The notes beneath the pieces are model-generated. The model saw only the letters and a list, made by a program, of their open reading frames with translations. It had not been told where the DNA came from and ran no database searches. Below are positions 8,505 through 17,879 of a stretch of DNA of 64,000 nucleotides, piece by piece. Both the position numbers and the translations under genes were made by a program. Within the stretch, counting starts at the first letter, position 1; every line of letters begins with the position of its first letter. Source of the DNA: an uncultured virus (IMG/VR IMGVR_UViG_3300042328_000542) (taxonomy: Duplodnaviria; Heunggongvirae; Uroviricota; Caudoviricetes); the IMG/VR virus record IMGVR_UViG_3300042328_000542; one strand, 5' to 3'.

Positions 8505-9218
8505 TTACTCCAAGAAACATTCTATACCACATATTTTAGGCTTTTTAGCTGTAATAGCTTTTTGTGCTTTTTTAAGTTCAGCTTCTTCAAATTTTTGAAT
8601 ATATGAATACATATTATCATATACTTCTAATTGTTTAATTTGACCATCACCTAACTCTAATAATTCAGCTTCATCTAATATACCAAAGTTTTCTGTTGCT
8701 TTGTATTTAATATATTGTTGCTTCTTTTCTTTTTGTATTCTACGAACAAAACACCACCATAATACGTGGGTAAAATATCCAAACGCATTAACATAACCGC
8801 GACTGTTTTGTTTAGTAGGATCAAAATTATTCAAATACATTAAACAATTTTCAATCCCATCAGATACCATCTCATCTCTAAATGAATAACCATAAAAATT
8901 AGGTCTACGAGATAATCCTTCAGCCAATTTCATAAAACATTCACCTACATAATCTGGTATACGAGGTTTAGCTTTACCATCTCGTAAAGCTAATAATGTA
9001 GCTTCTTTATGATGTGTCAATGCTTGTAAAAAATCTTGATTGTTGATATAATTCTTAGGTACACGTTTTCTATTAGTTTTAACTTTAACTTCACCAATAT
9101 CATCCAACACAAGATCTAAGTCATCTACTGTAACTTCACCAATATCATCCAACACAAGATCTAAGTCATCTACTGTAACTTCACCAATATCAGAAAACTC
9201 AAATTTTAACTCTTCCAT
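8505..9218 (-). CDS. 55: Late-transcription sigma factor gp55 with acidic N-terminal tandem repeat
   Basis: YINNQDFL, IPDYVGECF.K.AEGLS.RPNF.GY..RDEM.SDGIENC, AF.YFT, RRIQKEKKQ. Start at 9218 after an AGGAG SD. Confidence 0.93.
   Translation of the reverse strand: MEELKFEFSDIGEVTVDDLDLVLDDIGEVTVDDLDLVLDDIGEVKVKTNRKRVPKNYINNQDFLQALTHHKEATLLALRDGKAKPRIPDYVGECFMKLAEGLSRRPNFYGYSFRDEMVSDGIENCLMYLNNFDPTKQNSRGYVNAFGYFTHVLWWCFVRRIQKEKKQQYIKYKATENFGILDEAELLELGDGQIKQLEVYDNMYSYIQKFEEAELKKAQKAITAKKPKICGIECFLE
9086..9192. repeat. Exact 45-bp tandem repeat (about 2.4 copies) in the 5' end of gene 55
   Basis: taacttcaccaatatcatccaacacaagatctaagtcatctactg at 9086, 9131 and partial at 9176; encodes DIGEVTVDDLDLVLD. 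Confidence 0.95.
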
Positions 9219-9245
9219 ACCAACTCCTACTTTAATCAACAAGAT

Positions 9246-9274
9246 ATTATATCACATAAAATTAAATTTGTCAA
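9246..9274 (-). promoter_or_regulatory. Consensus sigma70 promoter for the 55-47-46 operon
   Basis: AGTGC-TTGACA-17 nt-TATAAT. Confidence 0.85.
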
Positions 9275-9348
9275 GCACTATTTAATATAAAAGTAATATA
9301 CATGTATTATGTTGTCTAATATAGTGTCAAGCACTATTTGTTCTTAGG

Positions 9349-9361
9349 AATCAACAACTTA
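9349..9361 (+). promoter_or_regulatory. IHF binding-site consensus
   Basis: AATCAACAACTTA matches WATCAANNNNTTR and lies between divergent GTGCTTGACA promoters. Confidence 0.55.
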
Positions 9362-9372
9362 GAAAAAAGTGC

Positions 9373-9401
9373 TTGACAAAACGACATTTTTCACTTATAC
9401 T
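9373..9401 (+). promoter_or_regulatory. Sigma70-type promoter firing into a non-coding hairpin region
   Basis: AAAAAAGTGC-TTGACA-17 nt-TATACT, with no plus-strand ORF downstream. Confidence 0.75.
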
Positions 9402-9411
9402 ATATTAAGTT

Positions 9412-9565
9412 GCTTCTTCGAAGCTCTTTCGCTGTCGCTCAATCGCTTCTCAGAACACATAGTATTTGTTATTGCTGTTTTAGATTCCATCCAATGTTAA
9501 ACAACTAAGGTGTCTGTTGAGCGATAGCGAAACAGAATGTATCTGAGCGACAGCGAAGATACATT
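9412..9565. other. Candidate replication origin/ssDNA hairpin cluster (GAGCGAYAGCGA motifs)
   Basis: Three copies of GAGCGA[CT]AGCGA (two on plus, one on minus), each enclosed by a stem, plus a GCTTC-GAA-GAAGC hairpin on minus. Confidence 0.5.
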
Positions 9566-9572
9566 AGATAGT

Positions 9573-9959
9573 TCAATGAAATGTTACATTGGCACTATCG
9601 ATAGTGTCATCGATTAAAATTTCATCTAGTGTTTGTTTAATCTGTTTAGTGAGTTCTGATGTCGGATTTAAGTTATCTAATAATGTGTATAGATACTGTT
9701 GTCCAAACTCTGTTACACAATAAGATGTTAATAAAACCTCACTTAACTCTAATGTTGCATCTTGTGATGCGTAAGCTCTACTAGTTAACCATTCATCGAA
9801 AATTAACTCTTCTTCTAATGAAGCTTCGTCTATATCAAAATAAAATATTTTAGGATATTTAATATGAATTTTATTTTCTTTATAATCAATATAACAAAAA
9901 CAAATAATATCTTCACCAGTTTTCAATCTAACAATTTTAACTTCAAATTTTTCAATCAT
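9573..9959 (-). CDS. Conserved T4-like hypothetical protein downstream of uvsW
   Basis: VKIVRLKTGEDIIC Sm-like N-terminus; usual position between uvsW and 55. Confidence 0.7.
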   Translation of the reverse strand: MIEKFEVKIVRLKTGEDIICFCYIDYKENKIHIKYPKIFYFDIDEASLEEELIFDEWLTSRAYASQDATLELSEVLLTSYCVTEFGQQYLYTLLDNLNPTSELTKQIKQTLDEILIDDTIDSANVTFH

Positions 9960-11461
9960 ATTTCACCCATATTCACATTAATTATTTTATAATCAAACTT
10001 TTCATTATCATAAATTTTAATACGTTCATTAAAATGTAATAATGTATAGTTTATATGTTTTTTAAATCTTAAATCATCAGCTATGTCATATAATTTTGCT
10101 TTATCTTTATTTTCATTTAAACGCAATACACGACCTATAGCTTGTAGATTTCGCACTCTCGATTTACTAGGACTAGCAAATATAATATTATGTAGATTTT
10201 TTATATTTGTACCTGTAGAAACTGTTCCAACTGAACCTATTAAAATTACATTATCTTGAGTTTCCATCGCTTTACGAATAGATTCACGTTGTTCAGCTTT
10301 TATATTTCCATGGATATAATAAACTTGTTTATCGACAGCATATTTTGACTTTGATATTAATTCATACAATATATCCCCATGCTTTTCAACATATTGATAT
10401 AATAATAAAGTATTTCCTTTCAAATTTAATGTTAAATTTTTAATAAATTTGTTTCTATCAGTGTTACTTATTAGAAATTCTAATTCTTGTTGATATTTTA
10501 AATTTTTAGTTAATTTAGTTAATGTTTCAGGGTATTTTAACACTAAACATTTAATAGCTAAATCTGTCACTTGTTTACGTTCAATTAATTCTTTTGTTGT
10601 AATAACTTTTTTAACTGAACCGAATAAACTTTCTAATTGTAATTCATGAATCTTTTGGCCATTAAGTGTTCCAGTGACACCCACTCTATAATCTGCATTA
10701 GAACAATTTTTAACTATAGATGTTAAATTAGTAGCAGCTGCTAAATGTGCTTCATCACATAATACAAAATCAAATTGTTCAAAATAGCTTTTTGTTTTAA
10801 TATTAGCTAATGATTGCCATGTACTTATATGCAAACTTTTGTTGCTATTTTTATCTTGACCAGCAAATATCGTGTGTATATGATCATTTATATCCCAACC
10901 ATTATGACTAGAGTAATCTTGAAAATCGCTTGATAATTGATGGCATAAGCTTGTATTTGGAACTAATAATAATCCTTTCTTTTTACCATGTTCTAGTAAA
11001 TATCTAACGATAGTATATAAAATCAACGACTTTCCACTCGATGTTGGGCTTAGGAGAACTAACCGTTTCACATTTAAAAAATCTAACACACTTTTAAATT
11101 GATAATCTCTAACATCAATTTTTTTATTATTAGAATGTAGATTTAAATCTGTAATAAATTTATGTAATTCTACGTTAGACACGCTAGTATAATGTTCTTT
11201 GTAATTATATTGTAGTGTATAATTGCGATCTTTAGCAAATGCTTCAAGTTGAGATAATAATCCAACATAAAATTCAATACTACCATTAGGTAGTATTTTA
11301 CACAATCTAATCATACCATCCCATAATTTTGCTTTGAATGCTGGCATAAATTTATAACCAGGAGTATAAAAAGAAAAATAATCACTTAATTCTTGTGCAA
11401 TACCACGATCACATTTCAAGAAAATATAGGTTTCATCTATTTTATCAATTTCAATAATCAT
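9956..11461 (-). CDS. uvsW: UvsW RNA-DNA/DNA-DNA helicase
   Basis: RDYQ, SPTSSGKS, DEAH, TGT, STGTNI, LQAIGRVLR. Start at 11461 overlaps the uvsY stop. Confidence 0.95.
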   Translation of the reverse strand: MIIEIDKIDETYIFLKCDRGIAQELSDYFSFYTPGYKFMPAFKAKLWDGMIRLCKILPNGSIEFYVGLLSQLEAFAKDRNYTLQYNYKEHYTSVSNVELHKFITDLNLHSNNKKIDVRDYQFKSVLDFLNVKRLVLLSPTSSGKSLILYTIVRYLLEHGKKKGLLLVPNTSLCHQLSSDFQDYSSHNGWDINDHIHTIFAGQDKNSNKSLHISTWQSLANIKTKSYFEQFDFVLCDEAHLAAATNLTSIVKNCSNADYRVGVTGTLNGQKIHELQLESLFGSVKKVITTKELIERKQVTDLAIKCLVLKYPETLTKLTKNLKYQQELEFLISNTDRNKFIKNLTLNLKGNTLLLYQYVEKHGDILYELISKSKYAVDKQVYYIHGNIKAEQRESIRKAMETQDNVILIGSVGTVSTGTNIKNLHNIIFASPSKSRVRNLQAIGRVLRLNENKDKAKLYDIADDLRFKKHINYTLLHFNERIKIYDNEKFDYKIINVNMGEI

Positions 11462-11904
11462 TAGTATGAACCTGCTAAGAATCTTACATGTGTGCAATAC
11501 TCTTTTAATTGAAATGTTCTGCTATGCAATTCTTTAAGTATTGTTTCACAAATATAACAACATTCGTCATAATATGCTTTTTTTTCTAGTAACTTAATTA
11601 AGTAGTCATCTGCCTCTAAATAATATTCTATGTTACCTTTTGTGCCAATCTTCAAATCAAATTGTTCCCACTTATATTGATCTAATGTTTCTTTATCCAG
11701 ATTTCCAAGATAATATTCTCTGCGAATCTTTTTCATTTTATTATAATCAAATTTAGCTTTTTGTGTAGCCAATCTATGTTGTGATAATATTTCGATATAT
11801 TTTGCATGTAATATTGGAATATTAACCAATTCTTTTTGTGGTTGTGTTTCATCGATAATGCTATCTACTTTCCAATATTCTAAAATTTGTTCAAGTTTAA
11901 TCAT
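11461..11904 (-). CDS. uvsY: UvsY recombination mediator
   Basis: W..DS.ID, IP.LHAKY, EYYLG, F.AG C-terminus; synteny with uvsW. Confidence 0.9.
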   Translation of the reverse strand: MIKLEQILEYWKVDSIIDETQPQKELVNIPILHAKYIEILSQHRLATQKAKFDYNKMKKIRREYYLGNLDKETLDQYKWEQFDLKIGTKGNIEYYLEADDYLIKLLEKKAYYDECCYICETILKELHSRTFQLKEYCTHVRFLAGSY

Positions 11905-11916
11905 AATTTAAAGTCT

Positions 11917-12447
11917 CTATACTTTCAATAATTCCATTCGCTTAAATTTAAAAACTGCTTGTGCAGTTAACGTGTTTTCCGATGATAATCTAATATCCAT
12001 AGTGAATCCAGATAGTGATACAGGAAATAAATCTACAAAATGAAATTTCATTTTTGCGTTATTATTTGCAGATAGTGTGATTAACTCTGCATCGGCATAC
12101 TGTGGATATTTAGTTTGTTCACTATATCTAGATTGATGTTTTAAATTTTTATATTCTTCATTGTTTTTTGGAAATGCTATACCACGCATCCAATCGTATA
12201 TGTCAAACCATGAATTTAATTCTTCATCAATTAAAAAATTAATTGTTATAGGTTCATATACTAATTTATCGCCAGGAATAGGTAAATCGCTGTATGATGT
12301 TGATTGTAAAATGCTTTGAGTGTCTACACCAGGAACAGTAACAGATTGACAAAAAAACTGTGTTGATGTTAATCTAGGTATAGAAAATAAAAATTTAGCG
12401 GGTTGAAGAAGATCTGTATTACATAATGATGTGTCTTGAATAGCCAT
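11917..12447 (-). CDS. 3: Tail completion/tube terminator gp3
   Basis: L.P.KF.F.I.R, FFCQSV.VPG, PGDKL.YE, FLIDE, LFPVSLS. Confidence 0.88.
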   Translation of the reverse strand: MAIQDTSLCNTDLLQPAKFLFSIPRLTSTQFFCQSVTVPGVDTQSILQSTSYSDLPIPGDKLVYEPITINFLIDEELNSWFDIYDWMRGIAFPKNNEEYKNLKHQSRYSEQTKYPQYADAELITLSANNNAKMKFHFVDLFPVSLSGFTMDIRLSSENTLTAQAVFKFKRMELLKV

Positions 12448-12534
12448 AGACTAGTCCTATTTAATGTGTTTACTACTATTTATTACACATAAAACTCTAC
12501 AAAATAACATAGAATATGATATTCTTTTAATCAT

Positions 12535-12560
12535 AAAAAAGGGGCTTTTCAGCCCCTTTT
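12535..12560 (-). terminator. Rho-independent terminator after gene 23
   Basis: GGGGCT-GAAA-AGCCCC followed by T6 on the minus strand. Confidence 0.85.
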
Positions 12561-12606
12561 CTGTTTCATCCATGAAACTATTACGAGAGAGATCGTAATA
12601 ACTCAA

Positions 12607-13899
12607 TTACATAATATTTTTGATTGCCAAAATTTTATAGTAATTGTTTGAACGTGGATTCAATGCACCATTACCTTGGGTCAAACCTTCAGCAAATGGA
12701 TTCGCAACTAAGCCGTAACGAGTTTTGAAACCAATTTTTGGTTGGAAAGTACCTGGATCAACTGCACGAACCATTTGTAGAGGAACGTATGGGCAGTAGA
12801 ATAAGCCTGAGTCATAAGGGCTAGTACCTTTATAACCTACAGTACATAATTCTACATTGCTTACTGAACCACCAAAATATGGATCGATATAGACTTTGAT
12901 ACGACCGTGTAACAAACCAGCGAATGTATTACCAGTGTCATCAACAGTCAAATCAGTAGATAAAGCAGGAGTATATTGTAATACGCCAGCCATAGCTAAA
13001 GCTGAAGCAACGTCAGATGATACGATTAAGATGTTACCTTTACCGCGACGAGTTGCTTTCGCAATTTGGTTAGCTTCACGTTCGATGTGGTAGATTAAAC
13101 CTTTGAAACGTTCAACTGACCAACGACCATTTGAATCGGTGTCTAAATCGAATACGCCAGCTGTTACTGTGCCGAATTGCGCACCTGGTTTAGCGATTGT
13201 GTAGATTGTACGAATTACTTCGCGGTTCATTTCTGCTAAGATTTCAGTAGAAAGAACGTTAGATAATTCTGTTTCAGCATCCAATCCATGAATTGCTTTC
13301 AAGTCTTGTGCCATTTCTAAGCTATATTCAGCTTTCAATGCGCGAGTTTTAGCCAATACTTGAACTTTATCGATAGTGATTGACATTTGAGCAAATGCTG
13401 AATCTAAAGCTTCACCAGCTGCTGTTGACATACCAGTACCAGTGTCAAAAGATGTATTTGCTAATGGACCACTTGCGCCAACTGCTGAGTTAGCTGTACC
13501 TGAAGCAACTGAAGTGCCGATAATGCCAGAGAAGATGGTATTAGCTTCGTTGTAGAACGCTTCATCACCGCTTTGATTGCCATAACGTGAACGTAAAGCA
13601 AAGATCAAGCCTGTTGGACCTGTCATTGGCTGAACGCCAGCTACGTCATATGCGATCAAGTTAGGAAGAGCACGACGAACTAAACTGATCAAGATTGGAT
13701 CAAAATTAGACATGCCAGCAGCTACGTTAGTTGGTGCTGCTTCGTTCAAAGTTTCGCGATCTGCATTCATTGCAGCTTGTTGATTTTCCAATACAATTGC
13801 AGTTACTGCTTTTTTGTATGGATCGCTAATTTTAGCCAATTCTGGATGATCCAATACTGGACTCCATTTAGTGGTTAATTCTTCATTTAATAAAGCCAT
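12607..13899 (-). CDS. 23: Major capsid protein gp23
   Basis: KWSPVLDH, FDPILISLVRR..PNLIAYD..GVQPMTGPTGLIFA, AQDLKAIHGLDAE, FQPKIGFKTRYG. Confidence 0.98.
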   Translation of the reverse strand: MALLNEELTTKWSPVLDHPELAKISDPYKKAVTAIVLENQQAAMNADRETLNEAAPTNVAAGMSNFDPILISLVRRALPNLIAYDVAGVQPMTGPTGLIFALRSRYGNQSGDEAFYNEANTIFSGIIGTSVASGTANSAVGASGPLANTSFDTGTGMSTAAGEALDSAFAQMSITIDKVQVLAKTRALKAEYSLEMAQDLKAIHGLDAETELSNVLSTEILAEMNREVIRTIYTIAKPGAQFGTVTAGVFDLDTDSNGRWSVERFKGLIYHIEREANQIAKATRRGKGNILIVSSDVASALAMAGVLQYTPALSTDLTVDDTGNTFAGLLHGRIKVYIDPYFGGSVSNVELCTVGYKGTSPYDSGLFYCPYVPLQMVRAVDPGTFQPKIGFKTRYGLVANPFAEGLTQGNGALNPRSNNYYKILAIKNIM

Positions 13900-13933
13900 T
13901 TAAACAACTCCTTGTTTTATTCTAAAGTGATAT

Positions 13934-15076
13934 TTATTTTAAAATTGTTTTTGTGATTTTTGAAGCGTATGCAGCAATCATTGGATCAACAGTTGCTGTT
14001 TTTTCTTCAGTTAATTCAACTACGTCATTTAAAGATTCGACTGATGCTGGTTTAACAGATGATTGTGTAGAGAAATAAGATTCTTTAATTTCATCCATTT
14101 GTTTAACGAAATCTTCTGTGCTTGAAAATTCTACGCTCTCTGCGATATTTTTAATTTTTTCTGCTTGAGATAATGTTAAACCTTCACATACAGCGTGAAG
14201 AGCTTCAACTTTCTTTTGTTCTGACAATTTTTGTTTCAAGTTAATGTTTTTTGAAATTTCTTCATTAACTTGTTTTTCCAATGCTTCTACTTTAGAAGCT
14301 AATTCTTCAACTACATCGAATTTTTCTTCAGGAATATCAATATAGTGTTCTTCGAATACTGTTTTTAATGATTCAATAAAACCTTCTGCAATTTCGGTTC
14401 TTAAACCAGATTCAACTGCTAGTGTATTTTCTGTCATCCAAGATTCTGCAACATAGTCTAAATACTCATCAATTTTTGTTGCAAAATCCTCTTTCATTTC
14501 TTCATATGCATCTTCGAATTGTGTAACGTATTGTGCTTCCAATTCTTCTGCTAATTCAGCAACTTTAGTTTTTACAGCAGATTCAAAGATTGCAGTTGCT
14601 TTACGTTTAAAATCTTCAGAAAGATTTTCGCCAGCCATCAATGCATCAATATCTTCGTTTGCAAAACCGCTTTTACCAACGCCAGCAACATTAGTTGTTT
14701 TAGCTGGAGCATTTTTAAATTGTTTTTTTGTTTCTGAATTATCACAGCAATCACCAGCAGGTTCTGTAGTTGCTTTTGATGGAATTTGATCCACATCCGT
14801 ATCCGCAATGCCACTTTCTGCAGGTTGTTTATCTAAATGTTTAGCAGGTTCTGCGCCAGTTGGTGGTTTTTGACCTGGAGGTGTAGCTGATGGAACTTCT
14901 ATGCTATATTTATCTAAACCCGCATTACCGATTGCATCAGCAACAGTTTTGTTAGCAGTATCATTTAATTTAGTGTCAGCACCAAAAGAATCTTGCCCAG
15001 CATTTTTAGATTTTCTGTTAGCATTCAAAATTTCCATTGCTGCTTCAGAAAGGTTTAAGTTTGTATCTTGTGACAT
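13934..15076 (-). CDS. 22: Prohead core scaffold gp22
   Basis: LSEDFK.KA.AIFE.AV, YLDYV.E.W..EN.LAVE.G.R; located upstream of 23. Confidence 0.9.
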   Translation of the reverse strand: MSQDTNLNLSEAAMEILNANRKSKNAGQDSFGADTKLNDTANKTVADAIGNAGLDKYSIEVPSATPPGQKPPTGAEPAKHLDKQPAESGIADTDVDQIPSKATTEPAGDCCDNSETKKQFKNAPAKTTNVAGVGKSGFANEDIDALMAGENLSEDFKRKATAIFESAVKTKVAELAEELEAQYVTQFEDAYEEMKEDFATKIDEYLDYVAESWMTENTLAVESGLRTEIAEGFIESLKTVFEEHYIDIPEEKFDVVEELASKVEALEKQVNEEISKNINLKQKLSEQKKVEALHAVCEGLTLSQAEKIKNIAESVEFSSTEDFVKQMDEIKESYFSTQSSVKPASVESLNDVVELTEEKTATVDPMIAAYASKITKTILK

Positions 15077-15106
15077 TAAATATCTCCTTGATTTATATTT
15101 TATAAT

Positions 15107-15114
15107 TATTTATA
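15107..15114 (-). promoter_or_regulatory. Late promoter TATAAATA upstream of gene 22
   Basis: Exact motif in the intergenic region. Confidence 0.7.
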
Positions 15115-15161
15115 AAAATTATATTTTTCGTAAAATTTTATTTATAACACATTTCAAGGGA

Positions 15162-15812
15162 TTAACCTTTACTAAGTTTGTGTAAATAATTTTCAAAAAT
15201 CTGTAAAGCAACATCTTCAACTTGACTGGCTTTTAATTTTTTTAAAGTATCTCTAGATTCTTCAATATATTGTTCAACCCAACCTTTTCCTTCAATATAC
15301 ATCCATTCTTTACCTTCCATTAAACCTTCAACATAACAATCCTTGCCGGATGGATCTAAAACAATATCTACTGTTACTAAACGAAAATCTGGTTGGACAT
15401 ATTTAATACCATTTGATTCTTTGATTGAACCCATACCGCGAGTAGAAACGCCGAAATTAACTCCAGCATCGATAAAAGATTTAACAATATTTCCATTTGG
15501 TGTATCTAAGATTATTGCTTCACCCATACAGAGGTGTCTATCCCAATCTAATTTTGTTATTAAATGAGATACTTTATCTGGATTAATCTGCGGTCCTTGT
15601 GGATGAGATAATTCGCCAACAGCTCTTCTAGTGTTAACAAATTCTTTGATATATCTTGCTACTTCTGGTTGCATATATTCTAACATATACCTACGACCAT
15701 TTTTATTGTCTTCTTCAGTGTGGATATATGGCCCTTTAATTTTGTATTCTTTTTTACCAGCAGTGTCTTCTACAAGAACTTCTGTTTCGGTAAATTCATG
15801 TAACAATTTCAT
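15162..15812 (-). CDS. 21: Prohead protease gp21
   Basis: N.NGR.Y, GELSHP, VSH.I, DTP.G.IV, GVSTRGMGS, DIV.DPS. Confidence 0.95.
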   Translation of the reverse strand: MKLLHEFTETEVLVEDTAGKKEYKIKGPYIHTEEDNKNGRRYMLEYMQPEVARYIKEFVNTRRAVGELSHPQGPQINPDKVSHLITKLDWDRHLCMGEAIILDTPNGNIVKSFIDAGVNFGVSTRGMGSIKESNGIKYVQPDFRLVTVDIVLDPSGKDCYVEGLMEGKEWMYIEGKGWVEQYIEESRDTLKKLKASQVEDVALQIFENYLHKLSKG

Positions 15813-16222
15813 TTGTCTGTTAACTCCTGTTGTTCGAATTCTTCCAATGAATCGAGTTTATCAATTTGAACAGCCTGTTCTAATACTTCCAAGAAACTTT
15901 TATCAGAAATACTTAAATGTTCTGATATTTCTTCATTTGATGTAATAAAATTTAAAATAATATCAGCACATTCTTTATTTATATTTAATTCAGATGCATC
16001 ATCAAATCTCAACGTTTCTGTAGCGTCATTTTCTGAAATTTGTGTTAGTTGATCTATAAATGACTCTGTAGTATTTGAAAATTGTGAGCCATCTAACGGA
16101 ACTGTGACGAATTGATTTAATGCATCTGAGTGGTATAGTGCTACTTGTTGTCCATTTGGAAATCGTTGAATATATGCTCGTTTTAGCACTAATACTTGGG
16201 GCAATTCTTTATGTTTACTCAT
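15809..16222 (-). CDS. Probable prohead core protein (position of gp67/68)
   Basis: Acidic 137-aa ORF between portal and protease, overlapping both. Confidence 0.55.
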   Translation of the reverse strand: MSKHKELPQVLVLKRAYIQRFPNGQQVALYHSDALNQFVTVPLDGSQFSNTTESFIDQLTQISENDATETLRFDDASELNINKECADIILNFITSNEEISEHLSISDKSFLEVLEQAVQIDKLDSLEEFEQQELTDK

Positions 16223-17846
16223 AGTATGGATTACTTCCTTGTTTAGTATTTACTGTTGTAGAATCTTGTGTTGTATCAGGTGTTTCCTGTGTAACATTTG
16301 ATTCATCTGGTACTTGCGTATCTGTAACATTATTCATCATCGTGGGATCATTAATCAATCTAGGATCAGCATATTCACCAGATTCTATTTCAGCCATAAT
16401 TTCTTTTTTCATTTGTTCTATTAATTCATCATCTTGTTGTAATACATTTTTCTTAATCCAAGCTGCTGAATAATATACACCTTTATACATATCAACTGTT
16501 GCTAAAACCGCTAATTTATTTTGCAATAATTGACTTTCTATTAATTCTGCATAATTATTATCTTTGGTAAAATCATATATTATATCTTGCTTAAATGTGT
16601 CAAATTCACTATCAGTACACACACCTTTAAGTATACATTGAACTTTCAATGCCTGATCAAATAAATCTGCAAATTTTAATCTAATTCTATTGATAAATTT
16701 ATCAAACTTAATTTCATCTCTAGAAATAACCTGATTGTTTCCCATATCAAATGGATTATCGGGATTCTCTATACGTGAGTATGGAACATTGAGAGCTTTA
16801 TATAATTTTTTCTCAAAATATTGTACCATAGACATATCATCAAATGCAGCAGATGATGGTAATGTAGTAATCTCCGTTGATTTATTATCACTTCTTCTTG
16901 GAAGCCAAAAATCATCCATCATTGAAAGATGTCGTCTATCATCTTGTACAAGACCAGTTGTAGCGTCATACACAACTTTATTTTTATATTTGGACATAAT
17001 ATCTTTAAGATATTGTTCCGCTTTCATTTTTGGTAAATTACCCACATCTATATAAAAAATACGACGTTCTGGTGCTCTTGATACTTTATAGATGACTGTT
17101 GCATCTTCAATCATGCGAAGTTGATTGAGTGGTTTAATACTTTTATGTAAATAACTTAATACAATAGAACGTTTAGCATCCAGTAATCCTGACGTTATAC
17201 TAATAATAGAATCTGGAGCAATTCGTAATCCAGAATTAGTTAAATTAGATTTTGTTGAAATTGTATCGCTGTAGATATAATATTCTGTGTATCCCTGAAC
17301 TATATCAAATCCTGTTGTTTTATCTTTTACTTTTTGTATTTCGCGAATTTTAGATAATTTTCTAGGATCGATATAACGTAATTCTTGTATGCCCATATTT
17401 GGACTATCTTTATCTAGAATAATATTGTAAAACAATCTACCGTCAACATAATATCTTCTAAAAATATCTTGACCCAGTTGTTTGAAATTCAACAGGGTCA
17501 AGATTGTATTAAATTCTTCTTCAATTGCTTTTTTAACTTTCGGAGAAGTTTTAACTGCATCGAGATTTAATTGTACACTTTTACCGTCTTGATATATAAT
17601 TGCTTCATTGATGATATCATCAATAGCACTTTCTATTTCTGGCTGCATTGCCATTTCTCGATATCGAGTGATTAATTCAACATCATTCTTATAATTTGAA
17701 TCCAAATCTATGCTTGTGCCATAATGTGCAGCAGCAGTAATAGTTACTGCACCATCATCCAATACTGGTGGTGAAAAAGATGGTAACACTTCTTGTGTTT
17801 GATTATCTTTTCCTAATTTGAACCCAAATAAGCTGAATTTAGCCAT
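16215..17846 (-). CDS. 20: Portal protein gp20
   Basis: LITRYREMA.QPE...AI, YVDGRLFY, SYLHK.IKP.NQLRMIEDA.VIY...RAPERRIFYIDVGNLPK.KAEQYL. Confidence 0.97.
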   Translation of the reverse strand: MAKFSLFGFKLGKDNQTQEVLPSFSPPVLDDGAVTITAAAHYGTSIDLDSNYKNDVELITRYREMAMQPEIESAIDDIINEAIIYQDGKSVQLNLDAVKTSPKVKKAIEEEFNTILTLLNFKQLGQDIFRRYYVDGRLFYNIILDKDSPNMGIQELRYIDPRKLSKIREIQKVKDKTTGFDIVQGYTEYYIYSDTISTKSNLTNSGLRIAPDSIISITSGLLDAKRSIVLSYLHKSIKPLNQLRMIEDATVIYKVSRAPERRIFYIDVGNLPKMKAEQYLKDIMSKYKNKVVYDATTGLVQDDRRHLSMMDDFWLPRRSDNKSTEITTLPSSAAFDDMSMVQYFEKKLYKALNVPYSRIENPDNPFDMGNNQVISRDEIKFDKFINRIRLKFADLFDQALKVQCILKGVCTDSEFDTFKQDIIYDFTKDNNYAELIESQLLQNKLAVLATVDMYKGVYYSAAWIKKNVLQQDDELIEQMKKEIMAEIESGEYADPRLINDPTMMNNVTDTQVPDESNVTQETPDTTQDSTTVNTKQGSNPYYE

Positions 17847-17879
17847 TAATTAATCCTCGAAATTTTAATCATTATATAT

